DNA of 64,000 nt from contig OZ316899.1 in NCBI GenBank assembly GCA_973895155.1, forward strand, positions 4,343,241-4,407,240, written 5' to 3'. Numbering within the stretch: the stretch's first letter is position 1; each line of letters begins with the position of its first letter. This document shows, piece by piece, positions 26,101 to 36,700 of this stretch. Under the pieces are notes generated by a model. That model saw only the letters and a program-made list of their open reading frames with translations. It searched no databases and was not told the DNA's origin. This DNA comes from Marsupella aquatica (taxonomy: Eukaryota; Plantae; Marchantiophyta). The translations under genes and the position numbers were made by a program.

Positions 26101-26547
26101 GTAATTGCCGAAGGACAGGCCGCGCCACCTGCACCAGTGCCGGAAGTAAGTGGGAAGGGGAAGGGACCAGATGCCGAGCCACCAACGAAGAAGAAGCGGA
26201 AACCTTCAAGGTCAAGGAGTAATACGACTTCACAGGCCGTGGTGATCAAGGAGGTAGACCCAGCACCGACCCCAGACAGGGTCACGGCTAAGGATCCAAC
26301 TACCCTAGGGGAAGGGGAGGCCGAAGCCGAGGGAGTGGCTGAAGCCGAAGCCGTGGGAGTGGCTGAGGCCGAAGCCGTGGGTATTGCCGAGGCCGGTGTC
26401 GAGGCTGAAGCCGAAGGTGGACCCAGTCAGGCCGAGGGAGAGTTGACTCGGTCAAGGGCAGGTAATCTGTCAGTAGGCGGGCCAACGGCAGTGGCTGAGG
26501 GGGAAGTGTTGGGGGCGTCCATTGAGGATCCACCACCGGTGTCGTGA
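23182..26547 (+). CDS. LTR-encoded 1121-aa protein: N-terminal domain, PMD-like core, Pro/acidic linker, long coiled coil, basic KKKRK, Ala/Glu repeats
   Basis: Intact ORF. EFVGSWEPETNCTRIYGKDFYLTPKVIAEVFGLPIG resembles the PMD consensus (ALVERWRPETHTF..GE.TITLQDV..ILGLPI.G). E/K/Q/L-rich heptad region at about aa 700-950. Confidence 0.85.
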   Translation: MSNVNQAAHFWGCLFERATEYIKTYEDEESERAARERQELARLWELQKTAFLGGELIKDEFLWTPTSNQLDDLLFCKDSVVGIREAIKNCNDIHWELKGSTERWTQATVLGETSTAAEMKRKGAVNDEATPAKRTRSAAPKKPAEQQSRRQGEAEEEEVDPIKAIPTRDDTWKGWAATLPVEVQLHFAREEDACFTAMQTKKYQGFMAGSGLEAFVRLPWLKPEVPESDLLEFVGSWEPETNCTRIYGKDFYLTPKVIAEVFGLPIGNKTKVDTRKTLPDKEFRSFPGPSTKNGFFRNTCTNPHIREMIDFLRVTMHCNLPRAEIGKAQVYLAERPDPSRDYNGYLLNQLKKILKEEQQVIGMGSMSRLGYHMPLLCRYARGQTFAPVLPLQVRAPEEAPTPRPLAEKPQPPVSPTIEQVFRPRKEDLPMQQPGMQSLLKLLEKEKKSASATTTATATMQDTTTEVGLHRLTRENPFAGDKERIRPKSKPGVRMYVGTSSSESEAELPEAPTDEEEREKPDVQEVEEAVEDCSHDNSGYGSDHHVPGVRTCGRFVPTLPRVVRGDPNQQSSPESPPPDVAPPSFDGIKQTVQEFQERIKQEEEAALAKEKDLPGGDWPEDIRRLAEKGSKPLATIEEIRRTAWEQRPRWAMPITSTYSTYAKNRAMEYGEMCGELALGIFGEELEVGPFFHREQLEKHQLEEAVALERSKKDEVIRRLRRMEAEIEDLRAAKKAQDELRIKRHELNIMQGQLDTAQADNQNIKDKLTQTQEELADTIKEREKWKQELKNTEEAHITANSRAMAETQRKEWALKGELEKIRGALEQKEAELGKSYQGIMALQQELASLTASFKADLREKDEMLEQTYAKMNQMESVIIAELDKELRATQEERATLKKELEEAHREQEEAKNELEGARKDLDETQEELEEITRKMENLQRRADNQTERLKKQAAVFKCLAAAGPSPVGTNQLPGVVIAEGQAAPPAPVPEVSGKGKGPDAEPPTKKKRKPSRSRSNTTSQAVVIKEVDPAPTPDRVTAKDPTTLGEGEAEAEGVAEAEAVGVAEAEAVGIAEAGVEAEAEGGPSQAEGELTRSRAGNLSVGGPTAVAEGEVLGASIEDPPPVS

Positions 26548-27472
26548 CGGTGCAAGGGCGCCGTTCCTTTTAGGGAGGGCGGACGTGGAGGGAGGAGGCG
26601 TGAGTGGGCAGGGCGGGCGCGGATCTCCACGTTTAGGATTAGGATTAGAACCAGGAGCGGCCCTGACACTTAGCTTAGTGGGATTGCGGTTCCACTGGTA
26701 GGAGCAACACTTGTGCTCCTGCCTTGCTGTACATAGGTAGATTCGGGCAAGTAGATTACTGTCAGGTAGATTAGGCTTACGATGCAAAGAATGGCGGATC
26801 CACTACCAGGATAAGTACCTGGGCAGCGGGGAGCTCAGGGCCTCTTCTTTAGCAAGTTTTTAGTTTGCACCAGCCGGGCTGGGATCAAGTAGTACGAGAA
26901 GCTCTCGGTTAGTCATACAGTGACCCTTGTGTATATTCATGTTTCCTCATGCCTAAGAGCTGAATAGAGTTGGCCTCACGGCTTAGTTCGCAGAACTGGT
27001 GTATGAGATGTACTGTTTGTATGGCAAGTGCATGGTATGACTCAGTCAGAATGAGTCATTTTGCTATTTGTGTGTCGCATTAACTTGTGTGAAGAGTGCC
27101 CACATCAACAGAAGGAAGGAAAGTAAGCAGGGGAGTGAGAGTTGGATGTGTCGAGCTGAGAGAGGTCTTAGCGGCTTAACCAAGCCTATTGGGGATCATT
27201 CCGGCGGCGGAATCCAAACATACCTAACAAGACGGAGGGGAAGACAGGGGAAGACAGGGGAAGACCTATATTAGGCCGGCTACGTATCTCATGACCCGAT
27301 GAAGGATCTGTCCAATATATGTGTGTAAAATGTTAATAGTAGTAGTAGAAGGTTAGCAGCGTCCCATGCCGCTAAGCCGCGGAAATGGCCTCGCCAAGCA
27401 CGAAACCTGCGGGAATCGGCTTGAGCTGGGGGGTTTCTTGGGTTTAGGGAGCCATGGGACGCACCACATTTT

Positions 27473-27490
27473 TGGCGCTAGATGGAGGGG
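27473..27490 (+). other. Primer-binding site, complementary to tRNA-Asn 3' end
   Basis: TGGCGCTAGATGGAGGGG, 4 nt after the LTR. It matches the complement of the plant tRNA-Asn(GUU) 3' end as I recall it (TGGCGCTAGAAGGAGGGG), with 1 mismatch. Confidence 0.75.
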
Positions 27491-27537
27491 GCATTTCTTA
27501 AGCCGTGAGATATGAAGTTAGAACGGAAGCGTAGGTA

Positions 27538-30528
27538 ATGACTGACCTTACGCCGAGGGAAGAAAGAGTGATTCAACGGGAGAGAGCTCGACTGCAGCAG
27601 CTCGCCGGGTGGCATGATACACAGCGACTGAGAGGGGCAGAAAGAGCTGGTAGCTCCGAAACTGGAAGTGGCGTCGAAGAAGACATACCAGAAGAAGAGT
27701 CGGTAAGGAGAAGTGAGTCTACAACCGACATGGGGGAACCAGAGGCACGGCCAGACGAGAGGTCAGGGACCAGATTGAGCCAGCGGTCGCGCATACATTA
27801 CAAGGCATTTCATGGGAGAGGAGATGAGGATCCGGACGAATGGTTGGATGATTTCGAGGGAACCGCTGCAGCAAATGGAGAATCGACCATCAAGATGCAG
27901 ATTCTTCCCGGCCTGTTCAAGGGTGAGGCTAGGCCTTGGTACAGAGCATTAGATGTGGAAGATCAAGCCATCTGGGATATCTTCAAAACACTCTTTGTTA
28001 AGGAGTTTCGACCCATTGGAACTTCAGAACTAGCAGTGCTGAAGTTGGGACAACTTCGGTTCAAGGAGAATAAATCCTTCAGGAAGTTCTTGCAACGCTT
28101 TCAGAAACTGGTAAGACGTACAAAGACCAATGCATCTGAAGGTATGCAACTTCAATGGTTGGTGAATGCTTTGCCACAGAAGATGAGTTTTGCAATTAGG
28201 AAGGAGAACCCAGAGACTTTAGCCGAAGCAATTAAGGATATTCAATTATACATTAATGCAGATATCACAAGCCGGAAGAAACAGCTTAAGTCTGAGAGTT
28301 CCTCATCAGAGGAGGGATCACCACATAAGAAAAAAGATAAGAAGAAGAAACATTCCAAGAAGTCTAGAAGTGATAAGTCAAGCTCGAATAGTGGGAGTAG
28401 CAAGAGTGAGTCATCTTCTAGTTCTGAAGAAGAAAAAACTAGGAAAAGGAAGGGCAGAAGGAGAGGGAAGACGAAAGTCAAGATGGAGGCTAAGCCACCA
28501 GATAACATCGTAGCCCTTACCGAGCAACTTAAAGCTATCATTGCAGAGGTAAAACCAAAGAAGAAGGTAGTACAGGAGGATAGCTCTGTATGGTGTGCCT
28601 TATGTTATAAAACCGGACACCATAAAGATGCGTGTCCTAAGCTTAATACTAATCATGTTCGGCATGTGGCCGAGATCAGACCATGTCAGGGAGAAGTAGA
28701 GTACTTTTTAGGAGATGCCGCTGATAGTGTTTTCGGCATTAGTGAGATTGGAGCACGAGACCTATCCAACAGACCTGCATCTCTGTGGTCAGGGTTAAGG
28801 AACAATCCAGGAGAGATGTATCCTCGGATTATTCAGAACCCGTCAGTACCTCCTAGGCCGAATGTGCAAAGATTTGCGGCGTGCTATAATTGTGGTCAAC
28901 CTGGCCATTTTGCTAGAGAATGCCCGAATGCACGCAAACAGGGTGATGGACAACCAGCTCAGCTATGTATGGGATGCCGACAGGAAGGTCATATGCTAGG
29001 GCAATGTCCTACTTGGTTGGCAGGCCTGGCCGCAAATCATAAGCTTTTGCCGATCAAGATCTTACCGCCAGGTACTACCCCCGGAGGAGTTCAAATCAAC
29101 CACATCGAACTAGGATGGCAAGAGGATGCCGAGGCAGAGTTCGTACCATCTGATGATGAGGCCGAAGCCCTATCAACCTTCTCAGAGGAGGATTTAGATC
29201 ATGATTGCTACCGGGTCTCTACTCGATCTACCAGAAGGAAGGAAAGGTGGGATGGGCTGGCCAAAAATAAAGGGAAGGTTACGGAGGAAAGGATCGACTC
29301 TTCGTCAACATCAACAGAAGGAGAAGGGAGGGCTCCGGCAATACAGGTAAGCCATGAGCCCACCAGTGAACCCAATCCTTCACAAGATAGCGACTTCAAT
29401 CGAGATCATCCTAAGTTGTTCTACCCCTCTGTTACGGCTAGTGTTAAGGAACAACTAAGAGAATTAGAAACCCTGGAGAATACCGAAGCCATTGCCAAAG
29501 ATGTAAAACGAGCAAAAGCATTGTTTGCTTCGGAAGACCCAACAGCTGTGGAGACTAGCGTGGCAAAACTGGCCGAATCCAAGGAAACACCACCAGAGGA
29601 GAAGCCGATTGTTCCCTATGACCTGGCTAAAGATGTACTAGAATCTAGAGTCTCGGCAACAGTAGGTCAACTATTGAAAAATAGCCCGTACTTCCGGAAG
29701 CAATTAAGGAAGGCTATTCTCGGCAAGCCGAGATTACCCAAGGTAGCAACCAGATCCGACGTACTAATGATAGAAGAAGATCAAGGAGCCCCAGCATTAC
29801 CATTAATGATTCAAGGAGAATTATTACTACGGGTACCCATCGATGGAGGATCAGGGGTATGTATTATGATTGATTCAACAACAAAAGGGTGGGGTCTAAC
29901 ACCGGAGATGACTGGAAGAGTGTTGAACATGGCCAATGGATATCAGGTCATTCCTACGGGAGTGTTAACCGGCATCAAGACAGAGATAGGAGGTATCTTC
30001 TTTAGCATTAACTATGTAGTAATGAAGCCGGTAAACCCTACGTCATTCCGGCTATTGATTGGTAGGCCATGGCTGTACCTAGCCGAGGTAATAGAAGATT
30101 GGGGTAAAAAGCAGTTCACTTTCGGGACCCCCTCTATCACAGTATCCTGGGACACTAAGGATGACCGTAGGAAAAGCATAAGGGAAGTAGATGGGTACGA
30201 CAGTGGACTGGAGTCAGCCGATGAAGTACGTTGGTTAGAATGCCTCACTAACCTAACCGAAGAAGGTGTCTTTGGACCTGAGGTACCCCCCAGCGGATTA
30301 TGGCAGGAACCAATGGAAGGTGACTTGGAAGAAGAAGACGCAGAGGTCGAGGACTGCTTTACAATAGAATCCACCTTTTTAGCTGCAATTCCGGAGGAAG
30401 TAAAGGATGTAGACCAATTGGATGAAACGGCTAAGTGGGGAGCAGTAGCAGGGACAGTGAATTTTCTGCAGGCGTTGTGGCAGAGCCGGCAGGGTTCACA
30501 ACGCCATCGATCATCGGCAAGGAATTAA
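27538..30528 (+). CDS. gag: Gag-protease polyprotein (996 aa)
   Basis: Retrotransposon gag-like region (FHGRGDEDPDEWLDDFE); three CCHC knuckles (CALCYKTGHHKDAC, CYNCGQPGHFAREC, CMGCRQEGHMLGQC); aspartic protease VPIDGGSG. Confidence 0.93.
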   Translation: MTDLTPREERVIQRERARLQQLAGWHDTQRLRGAERAGSSETGSGVEEDIPEEESVRRSESTTDMGEPEARPDERSGTRLSQRSRIHYKAFHGRGDEDPDEWLDDFEGTAAANGESTIKMQILPGLFKGEARPWYRALDVEDQAIWDIFKTLFVKEFRPIGTSELAVLKLGQLRFKENKSFRKFLQRFQKLVRRTKTNASEGMQLQWLVNALPQKMSFAIRKENPETLAEAIKDIQLYINADITSRKKQLKSESSSSEEGSPHKKKDKKKKHSKKSRSDKSSSNSGSSKSESSSSSEEEKTRKRKGRRRGKTKVKMEAKPPDNIVALTEQLKAIIAEVKPKKKVVQEDSSVWCALCYKTGHHKDACPKLNTNHVRHVAEIRPCQGEVEYFLGDAADSVFGISEIGARDLSNRPASLWSGLRNNPGEMYPRIIQNPSVPPRPNVQRFAACYNCGQPGHFARECPNARKQGDGQPAQLCMGCRQEGHMLGQCPTWLAGLAANHKLLPIKILPPGTTPGGVQINHIELGWQEDAEAEFVPSDDEAEALSTFSEEDLDHDCYRVSTRSTRRKERWDGLAKNKGKVTEERIDSSSTSTEGEGRAPAIQVSHEPTSEPNPSQDSDFNRDHPKLFYPSVTASVKEQLRELETLENTEAIAKDVKRAKALFASEDPTAVETSVAKLAESKETPPEEKPIVPYDLAKDVLESRVSATVGQLLKNSPYFRKQLRKAILGKPRLPKVATRSDVLMIEEDQGAPALPLMIQGELLLRVPIDGGSGVCIMIDSTTKGWGLTPEMTGRVLNMANGYQVIPTGVLTGIKTEIGGIFFSINYVVMKPVNPTSFRLLIGRPWLYLAEVIEDWGKKQFTFGTPSITVSWDTKDDRRKSIREVDGYDSGLESADEVRWLECLTNLTEEGVFGPEVPPSGLWQEPMEGDLEEEDAEVEDCFTIESTFLAAIPEEVKDVDQLDETAKWGAVAGTVNFLQALWQSRQGSQRHRSSARN

Positions 30529-33500
30529 ATACCAAGGGATCGGCATACAAGCCGATTACGAGGGCAGAACAAATTGAGGCCCTATTAGAAGCCGAGAGAG
30601 CACAGCGGCCTAACTCTCAGGAGCAAGAGGTGGATGAGATGGACAGACACGATCCAGAGCCAAGGCAGGAAGGGGAGCCGACCACTAATTCAAAACCGAA
30701 TAGACCGGTAAGGGGACAATCTATGGACACCAAGGAAGGGACCGACTCGGCTAGTCCAGCCGAAATCCCAGTTTATGGAGGTATGAGATTAGAGAGACTG
30801 GAAGCCGAACTGGACCCGAATTTGAAGAAGCAGATTAATATGATCCAAGCACGGCAATATCGGAAGCTCGACTTAGGAGAGGGAAGAGAACTGAACTTAG
30901 GGAGAAATCTAGCACCTGAGCTCGAGAAAGAGATTAGTGACTTATTGATTGAATTTCAGGATGTGTTTGCATGGAGTCACCAAGATCTAAAGGGAGTAGA
31001 TCCAACACTAGGGGAACATCGAATTGATCTCATGCTGGGAGCCAAATCATTCCGACAACCAATTCGAAGGATGAACCCGAAGTATTCCCTGCTGGTCAAA
31101 ACAGAAATCGACAAACTAGTGGAAGCTGGATTCATCACTCCAGTCCTGCATTCAGACTGGGTGTCTCCAATTGTGATAGTTCCCAAGAAAGCTAGACCCG
31201 ATGGTAAACCCAAGATCCGGGTTTGTCAGGATTACAGGAAGCTGAATGAAGCAACATTAAAAGACCATTTTCCTTTACCGTTTACTGATATGGTACTAGA
31301 CATGGTAGCCAGTCATGAACTATATTCATTCATGGATGGATACTCTGGTTATAACCAAATCCGGATTCGGCAGGAAGACCAAATCAAGACGGCCTTCATC
31401 ACGGAATGGGGGATCTATGTCTTCAATCGTATGCCGTTTGGACTCTGCAATGCACCAGCTATGTTCCAACGATTAATGGTGAACATTTTCCATGATTACT
31501 TGAGAAAGTTCATGGAAATCTTCATTGATGACTTTGCAGTATTCGGGAAGGCATCGAAACATGCTAAATACCTCAGAAAAACCTTCATGAGATGTAGAGA
31601 GGTGGGTCTCAAGTTACACCCAGATAAATGTTTTTTTGCAGTAACCGAGGGGGTGCTACTAGGTCACAAGGTATCAAGGAAGGGCATTGAGATTGACAAA
31701 GGTAAGCTAGCAGTATGGCTAGATATCATGCAACCTAAGAACATAAAGGATGTAAGATCCTTCTTGGGATGCATTGGTTACTATCGCCGGTTCATCAAGG
31801 ATTTTGCCAAGCTAGCTTTACCATTAACCAATATGCTCAAGGCAGGAGCAGACTTCGAACCCACACCCGAACGAGTCACAGCGGTGGTAGAATTGAAGCA
31901 GATGTTAGTAGAGGCCCCAGTCATGATAGCACCGGACTGGAACAAAGATTTTCATGTTTTTGTAGATGTCTCGGGCTTCTGTATTGGCTCAGTACTAAGT
32001 CAGTTGGATGAGAAAGGAAGGGACCATCCCATATACTTCGCAAGCCGTCAGCTTACCGATGCCGAACGGAACTACTCTACCACGGAAAGAGAAGCATTAG
32101 GAGTCATTTATTCTTGTAAAAAGTTTAGGCATTATTTACTAGGGTACAAGGTAATCTTTCATACTGATCATGAAAGTTTGAAGTACCTAGTCAATAAGCC
32201 GGACCTTACAGGCAGAGTAGCAAGATGGATTTTGCTATTACAGGAGTTTGACTATGAGCTGAGGATCAAACCGGGAAAGTTACATGCCAATGCCGACTTC
32301 TTTTCAAGGATCACAGGTAAACCTGCCACGGATTGCATCGATGATCGATTCCCCGACGAGGAGCTATTCGTTGTGGAAATAGCTGGTACATGGTACCCTG
32401 AGATTTTACAATTTCTCAGCACTTCCAGATTACAGCCAGGATTAAGCCGAGAGCAAGCCGCAGTCTTTGTGCGGAAGGTCAGACAGTATCAGTGCATTAA
32501 AGGCATACTGCACAAGCATGGAATCAACGGCACGATTCAAAGATGTTTGGAAAAGAGAGAGGTAAAACGAGTCCTACGGGCCATGCATGGAGAGGAGGCC
32601 GGAGGACATTTTGCCCCAGTAACCACGTCTAAGAAGATATTAAATGCCGGTTACTGGTGGCCCACCTTGCACAAAGATGTCTATCAGTTTATCAAACAAT
32701 GCGATCCTTGTCAACGAGCGGGAGGACCAAGGGCGTCCACCAGGCATCCACTGCACCCTATTCTACCTCTGGCACCATTCGAGAAGTGGGGTATTGATTA
32801 CATTGGACCTCTGAAACCACTGACCCACCCTCGACGGAACAAGTACATAATCCTGGCTACGGATTATGCAACTAAATGGGTAGAGGCCAGACCAACAACG
32901 AAGGATGATGCAATTACTACGGCTAGATTCATGTATGAGCAGATCTTCACCAGGTATGGAGCACCCCTAGAATTAGTTAGTGATAGAGGAACCCAGTTTT
33001 TGAATGATATAATTAGTCGTTTAAATGAGCAGTATTTAGTTAAACATAGGCCTACTACTCCCTACCATCCAAAGGCAAACGGGTTGACAGAACGAGCAAA
33101 CGGAATTATAGGAAAGATATTGAACAAGACAGTAGCTCAGAACAAACTCGATTGGGATGATAAATTGTTTGCTGCTGTTTTTGCTTACAATCTTGCCTAT
33201 AAATCCACTACCGGTCATACACCCTTCTTCTTAACCTTTGGACAAGAAGCCCTGGTACCCACGCAACTTGAGATACCGACATTTCAAGTTACAATTGAGG
33301 AAAGAGCCTCAGCGGAGGAGAGCCTAAAGGAGCGAGAATATAGGTTAGAAGCTTTAGAGGAAGCGAGAATGATTTCAGCCGAGAGAGTAGAATATAGACA
33401 GAATATCATGAAGCAGCAGTATGATAAAAGGTTAAAAGTAGTTAGTATTCATACCGGTGATCTTGTGCTACTTTATGACAGTAGGTATAGTAGGTTTCCA

Positions 33501-33701
33501 GGAAAGCTTTACACTCGCTGGTTAGGACCCTTTAGAGTAACCATGATGTTCCCCAATGGCTCCGTACAATTGGCCAACATTACGGGAGAGGTATATCCAG
33601 TTCGCATCCATTATGACCGCCTCAAGAAATACTATATGGACGAAGATGAAGTTGTTCGCGAGGACGCTTCACAATTAAGTGGGGAGCTATGTGATGCCTA
33701 G
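30435..33701 (+). CDS. pol: Pol (RT-RNase H-integrase), -1 frame relative to gag-PR
   Basis: KDHFPLP, MDGYSGYNQI, MPFGLCNAP, FIDDF (RT); VDVSGFCIG, YSTTEREAL (RH); H..GGH..CDPC, WGIDYIG, SDRGTQF, ERANG, WLGPF (IN). The stop codon lies inside the 3' LTR. Confidence 0.96.
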   Translation: MGSSSRDSEFSAGVVAEPAGFTTPSIIGKELNTKGSAYKPITRAEQIEALLEAERAQRPNSQEQEVDEMDRHDPEPRQEGEPTTNSKPNRPVRGQSMDTKEGTDSASPAEIPVYGGMRLERLEAELDPNLKKQINMIQARQYRKLDLGEGRELNLGRNLAPELEKEISDLLIEFQDVFAWSHQDLKGVDPTLGEHRIDLMLGAKSFRQPIRRMNPKYSLLVKTEIDKLVEAGFITPVLHSDWVSPIVIVPKKARPDGKPKIRVCQDYRKLNEATLKDHFPLPFTDMVLDMVASHELYSFMDGYSGYNQIRIRQEDQIKTAFITEWGIYVFNRMPFGLCNAPAMFQRLMVNIFHDYLRKFMEIFIDDFAVFGKASKHAKYLRKTFMRCREVGLKLHPDKCFFAVTEGVLLGHKVSRKGIEIDKGKLAVWLDIMQPKNIKDVRSFLGCIGYYRRFIKDFAKLALPLTNMLKAGADFEPTPERVTAVVELKQMLVEAPVMIAPDWNKDFHVFVDVSGFCIGSVLSQLDEKGRDHPIYFASRQLTDAERNYSTTEREALGVIYSCKKFRHYLLGYKVIFHTDHESLKYLVNKPDLTGRVARWILLLQEFDYELRIKPGKLHANADFFSRITGKPATDCIDDRFPDEELFVVEIAGTWYPEILQFLSTSRLQPGLSREQAAVFVRKVRQYQCIKGILHKHGINGTIQRCLEKREVKRVLRAMHGEEAGGHFAPVTTSKKILNAGYWWPTLHKDVYQFIKQCDPCQRAGGPRASTRHPLHPILPLAPFEKWGIDYIGPLKPLTHPRRNKYIILATDYATKWVEARPTTKDDAITTARFMYEQIFTRYGAPLELVSDRGTQFLNDIISRLNEQYLVKHRPTTPYHPKANGLTERANGIIGKILNKTVAQNKLDWDDKLFAAVFAYNLAYKSTTGHTPFFLTFGQEALVPTQLEIPTFQVTIEERASAEESLKEREYRLEALEEARMISAERVEYRQNIMKQQYDKRLKVVSIHTGDLVLLYDSRYSRFPGKLYTRWLGPFRVTMMFPNGSVQLANITGEVYPVRIHYDRLKKYYMDEDEVVREDASQLSGELCDA
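30459..30518 (+). promoter_or_regulatory. Candidate -1 ribosomal frameshift signal
   Basis: G_AAT_TTT in the gag frame, a 5-nt spacer, then a perfect 9-bp stem GGCGTTGTG (30471-30479) / CACAACGCC (30497-30505). Confidence 0.6.
33677..33689 (+). other. Polypurine tract
   Basis: AAGTGGGGAG followed by CTA, immediately before the 3' LTR TG. It lies within pol coding sequence. Confidence 0.75.
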
Positions 33702-36700
33702 ACAGGAATCACTCGGCCGGTTAAGTGGGTAAAGCAGGAAGGCACCCTAGGAACACCTTAGTATAGTGACAAAACAAGGAAAATATAAACAATTAGGGGC
33801 AACCATGGAACCCGGGCCGAGGCCGGAGGTAAGGCTAAGGGTGAAAACCCGATTAGGGTTAGGGCGCGTTAAGCGTCGGCGGCTAGGAAGGATCAACGGG
33901 AAGAAGGACCGGCAAAGGAGAGGGGTAAGGAGCGCTTGCAGGAAATAGTGGCTCATTTGCGAGCACGAACTAGGCAGACGACTACGGGAGGCCAACTACT
34001 GTCAGCTGCTTAGGCAAGCACTCGGGGAGAGAGTAGATACCGACGATCAACCTAAGGAGGGTATGAGCAACGTCAATCAAGCGGCACATTTCTGGGGATG
34101 CCTGTTCGAACGGGCAATTGAGTACATCAAGACTTACGAGGACGAGGAATCAGAAAGGGCAGCTAGAGAACGGCAGGAGCTCGCTCGATTGTGGGAGCTG
34201 CAGAAGACGGCTTTCTTAGGAGGCGAACTCATCAAGGACGAGTTCCTGTGGACGCCTACTTCCAATCAACTCGACGATCTTCTGTCTTGCAAAGACAGCG
34301 TCGTCGGCATCCGAGAGGCCATCAAGAACTGCAACGACATACACTGGGAATTAAAGGGTAGCACGGAAAGGTGGACCCAGGCAACGGTGCTAGGAGAAAC
34401 CTCCACGGCAGCAGAGATGAAGAGGAAGGGAGCCATCAACGATGAAGCCACCCCGGCAAAAAGAACGAGATCGGCGGCACCAAAGAAGCCAGCCGAGCAG
34501 CAGAGCAGGAGGCAGGGAGAAGCCGAAGAAGAGGAGGTCGATCCCATCAAGGCCATTCCAACCAGGGATGACACCTGGAAGGGCTGGGCGGCAACCCTAC
34601 CGGTGGAGGTGCAACTACATTTTGCACGGGAGGAGGATGCATGCTTTACGGCCATGCAGACCAAGAAGTACCAAGGCTTCATGGCCGGATCCGGCTTGGA
34701 GGCCTTTGTAAGATTACCATGGCTGAAGCCGGAGGTACCGGAGTCAGACCTATTAGAATTCGTGGGGTCATGGGAACCCGAGACCAATTGCACGAGGATA
34801 TATGGGAAGGATTTCTATCTTACTCTCAAGGTAATTGCCGAAGTGTTTGGCCTGCCGATAGGCAATAAGACCAAAGTTGATACCAGGAAGACCTTGCCTG
34901 ACAAGGAGTTCCGGTCGTTCCCCGGGCCATCAACGAAGAATGGCTTCTTCCGGAACACCTGCACCAACCCGCACATAGGAGAGATGATCGACTTCTTGCG
35001 GGTGACCATGCATTGTAACTTGCCGAGGGCAGAGATCGGCAAGGCACAGGTCTATCTGGCAGAAAGGCCAGACCCAAGCCGGGACTACAACGGGTACCTC
35101 CTCAACCAATTGAAGAAGATCTTAAAGGAGGAGCAGCAGGTAATCGGCATGGGGAGCGTGTCGCGGCTTGGCTATCACATGCCGCTGTTGTGCCGGTATG
35201 CCAGAGGTCAGACTTTTGCCCCGGTACTTCCCCTGCAGGTAAGGGCACCCGAGGAAGCTCCAACGCCGAGGCCGTTGGCTGAGAAGCCTCAACCACCTGT
35301 TAGTCCTACGATCGAGCAGGTGTTTAGGCCCAGGAAGGAGGACTTGCCGATGCAGCAACCAGGCATGCAGAGTCTGCTGAAACTACTGGAGAAAGAAAAG
35401 AAATTGGCATCGGCAACAACAACGGCAACGGCAACAATGCAGGACACTACTACAGAGGTAGGCCTACACCGGCTCACAAGAGAAAACCCCTTTGCTGGAG
35501 ACAAGGAGAGAATCAGGCCGAAATCCAAGCCAGGTGTTCGAATGTACGTGGGAACCTCAAGCTCCGAATCTGAGGCAGAATTGCCTGAAGCTCCTACCGA
35601 CGAAGAGGAGAGGGAGAAGCCGGACGTCCAAGAGGTAGAGGAGGCAGTGGAGGACTGCAGCCATGATAATTCCGGCTATGGGTCGGACCATCACGTTCCA
35701 GGAGTAAGGACCTATGGCCGGTTTGTCCCCACACTTCCAAGGGTAGTGCGAGGGGACCCCAACCAGCAGAGTAGCCCTGAGTCTCCCCCACCAGACGTTG
35801 CCCCCCCGAGCTTCGACGGCATAAAACAGACGGTGCAGGAATTTCAGGAGCGAATCAAGCAGGAAGAGGAGGCCGCCCTGGCTAAGGAAAAGGATTTACC
35901 AGGAGGAGATTGGCCGGAGGACATCAGGCGGCTAGCCGAAAAAGGAAGCAAACCTCTAGCCACGATTGAAGAGATCCGCAGGACGGCTTGGGAGCAGAGG
36001 CCACGATGGGCGATGCCGATCACTTCTACTTACTCCACCTACGCTAAGAATAGAGCCATGGAGTATGGTGAGATGTGTGGGGAACTTGCGCTCGGCATCT
36101 TTGGAGAGGAGTTGGAGGTAGGACCCTTTTTCCATAGGGAGCAGTTGGAGAAGCACCAATTAGAAGAAGCGGTGGCTTTAGAGAGAAGCAAGAAGGACGA
36201 GGTCATTCGGCGGCTTAGGAGGATGGAAGCCGAGATTGAAGATCTAAGGGCGGCCAAGAAAGCCCAAGATGAACTGCGGATTAAACGACATGAGCTGAAC
36301 ATCATGCAGGGGCAGTTGGACACCGCGCAGGCTGATAATCAGAATATCAAGGATAAACTGACTCAGACGCAGGAAGAGTTGGCCGACACGATCAAAGAGA
36401 GGGAGAAGTGGAAGCAAGAGCTGAAGAATACAGAGGAGGCCCACATAACAGCCAACAGCCGGGCCATGGCGGAGACCCAAAGAAAGGAATGGGCGTTGAA
36501 AGGGGAGCTCGAGAAAATCCGCGGAGCCCTTGAGCAGAAGGAGGCCGAGTTAGGGAAATCCTATCAAGGGATTATGGCGCTGCAGCAGGAGCTTGCGTCC
36601 CTGACGGCCAGCTTCAAGGCCGACCTAAGGGAGAAGGACGAGATGCTCGAACAGACTTACGCCAAGATGAATCAGATGGAGTCTGTCATCATTGCAGAGC

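Larger units (their letters stand above)
22809..27468 (+). repeat. 5' LTR (4660 bp), TG...CA
   Basis: TGTGATGCC...GGACGCACCACA, followed by TTTT and the PBS. Same boundaries as the TSD-flanked solo copy. Confidence 0.95.

Noticed and set aside
23182-26547. LTR-encoded protein as a retroviral-type envelope
   Set aside because: No signal peptide or hydrophobic transmembrane segment seen; the protein is charged, coiled-coil and has basic NLS-like stretches.
27237-27266. 10-bp repeat (GGGGAAGACA)x3 in the LTR
   Set aside because: Trivial slippage; copy number differs in the solo copy, with no evidence of function.
27473-27490. tRNA gene
   Set aside because: Only an 18-nt complement of a tRNA 3' end directly after an LTR, i.e. 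a PBS.
33300-33701. Chromodomain at the integrase C-terminus
   Set aside because: The ORF ends shortly after the GPF motif; no chromodomain pattern.
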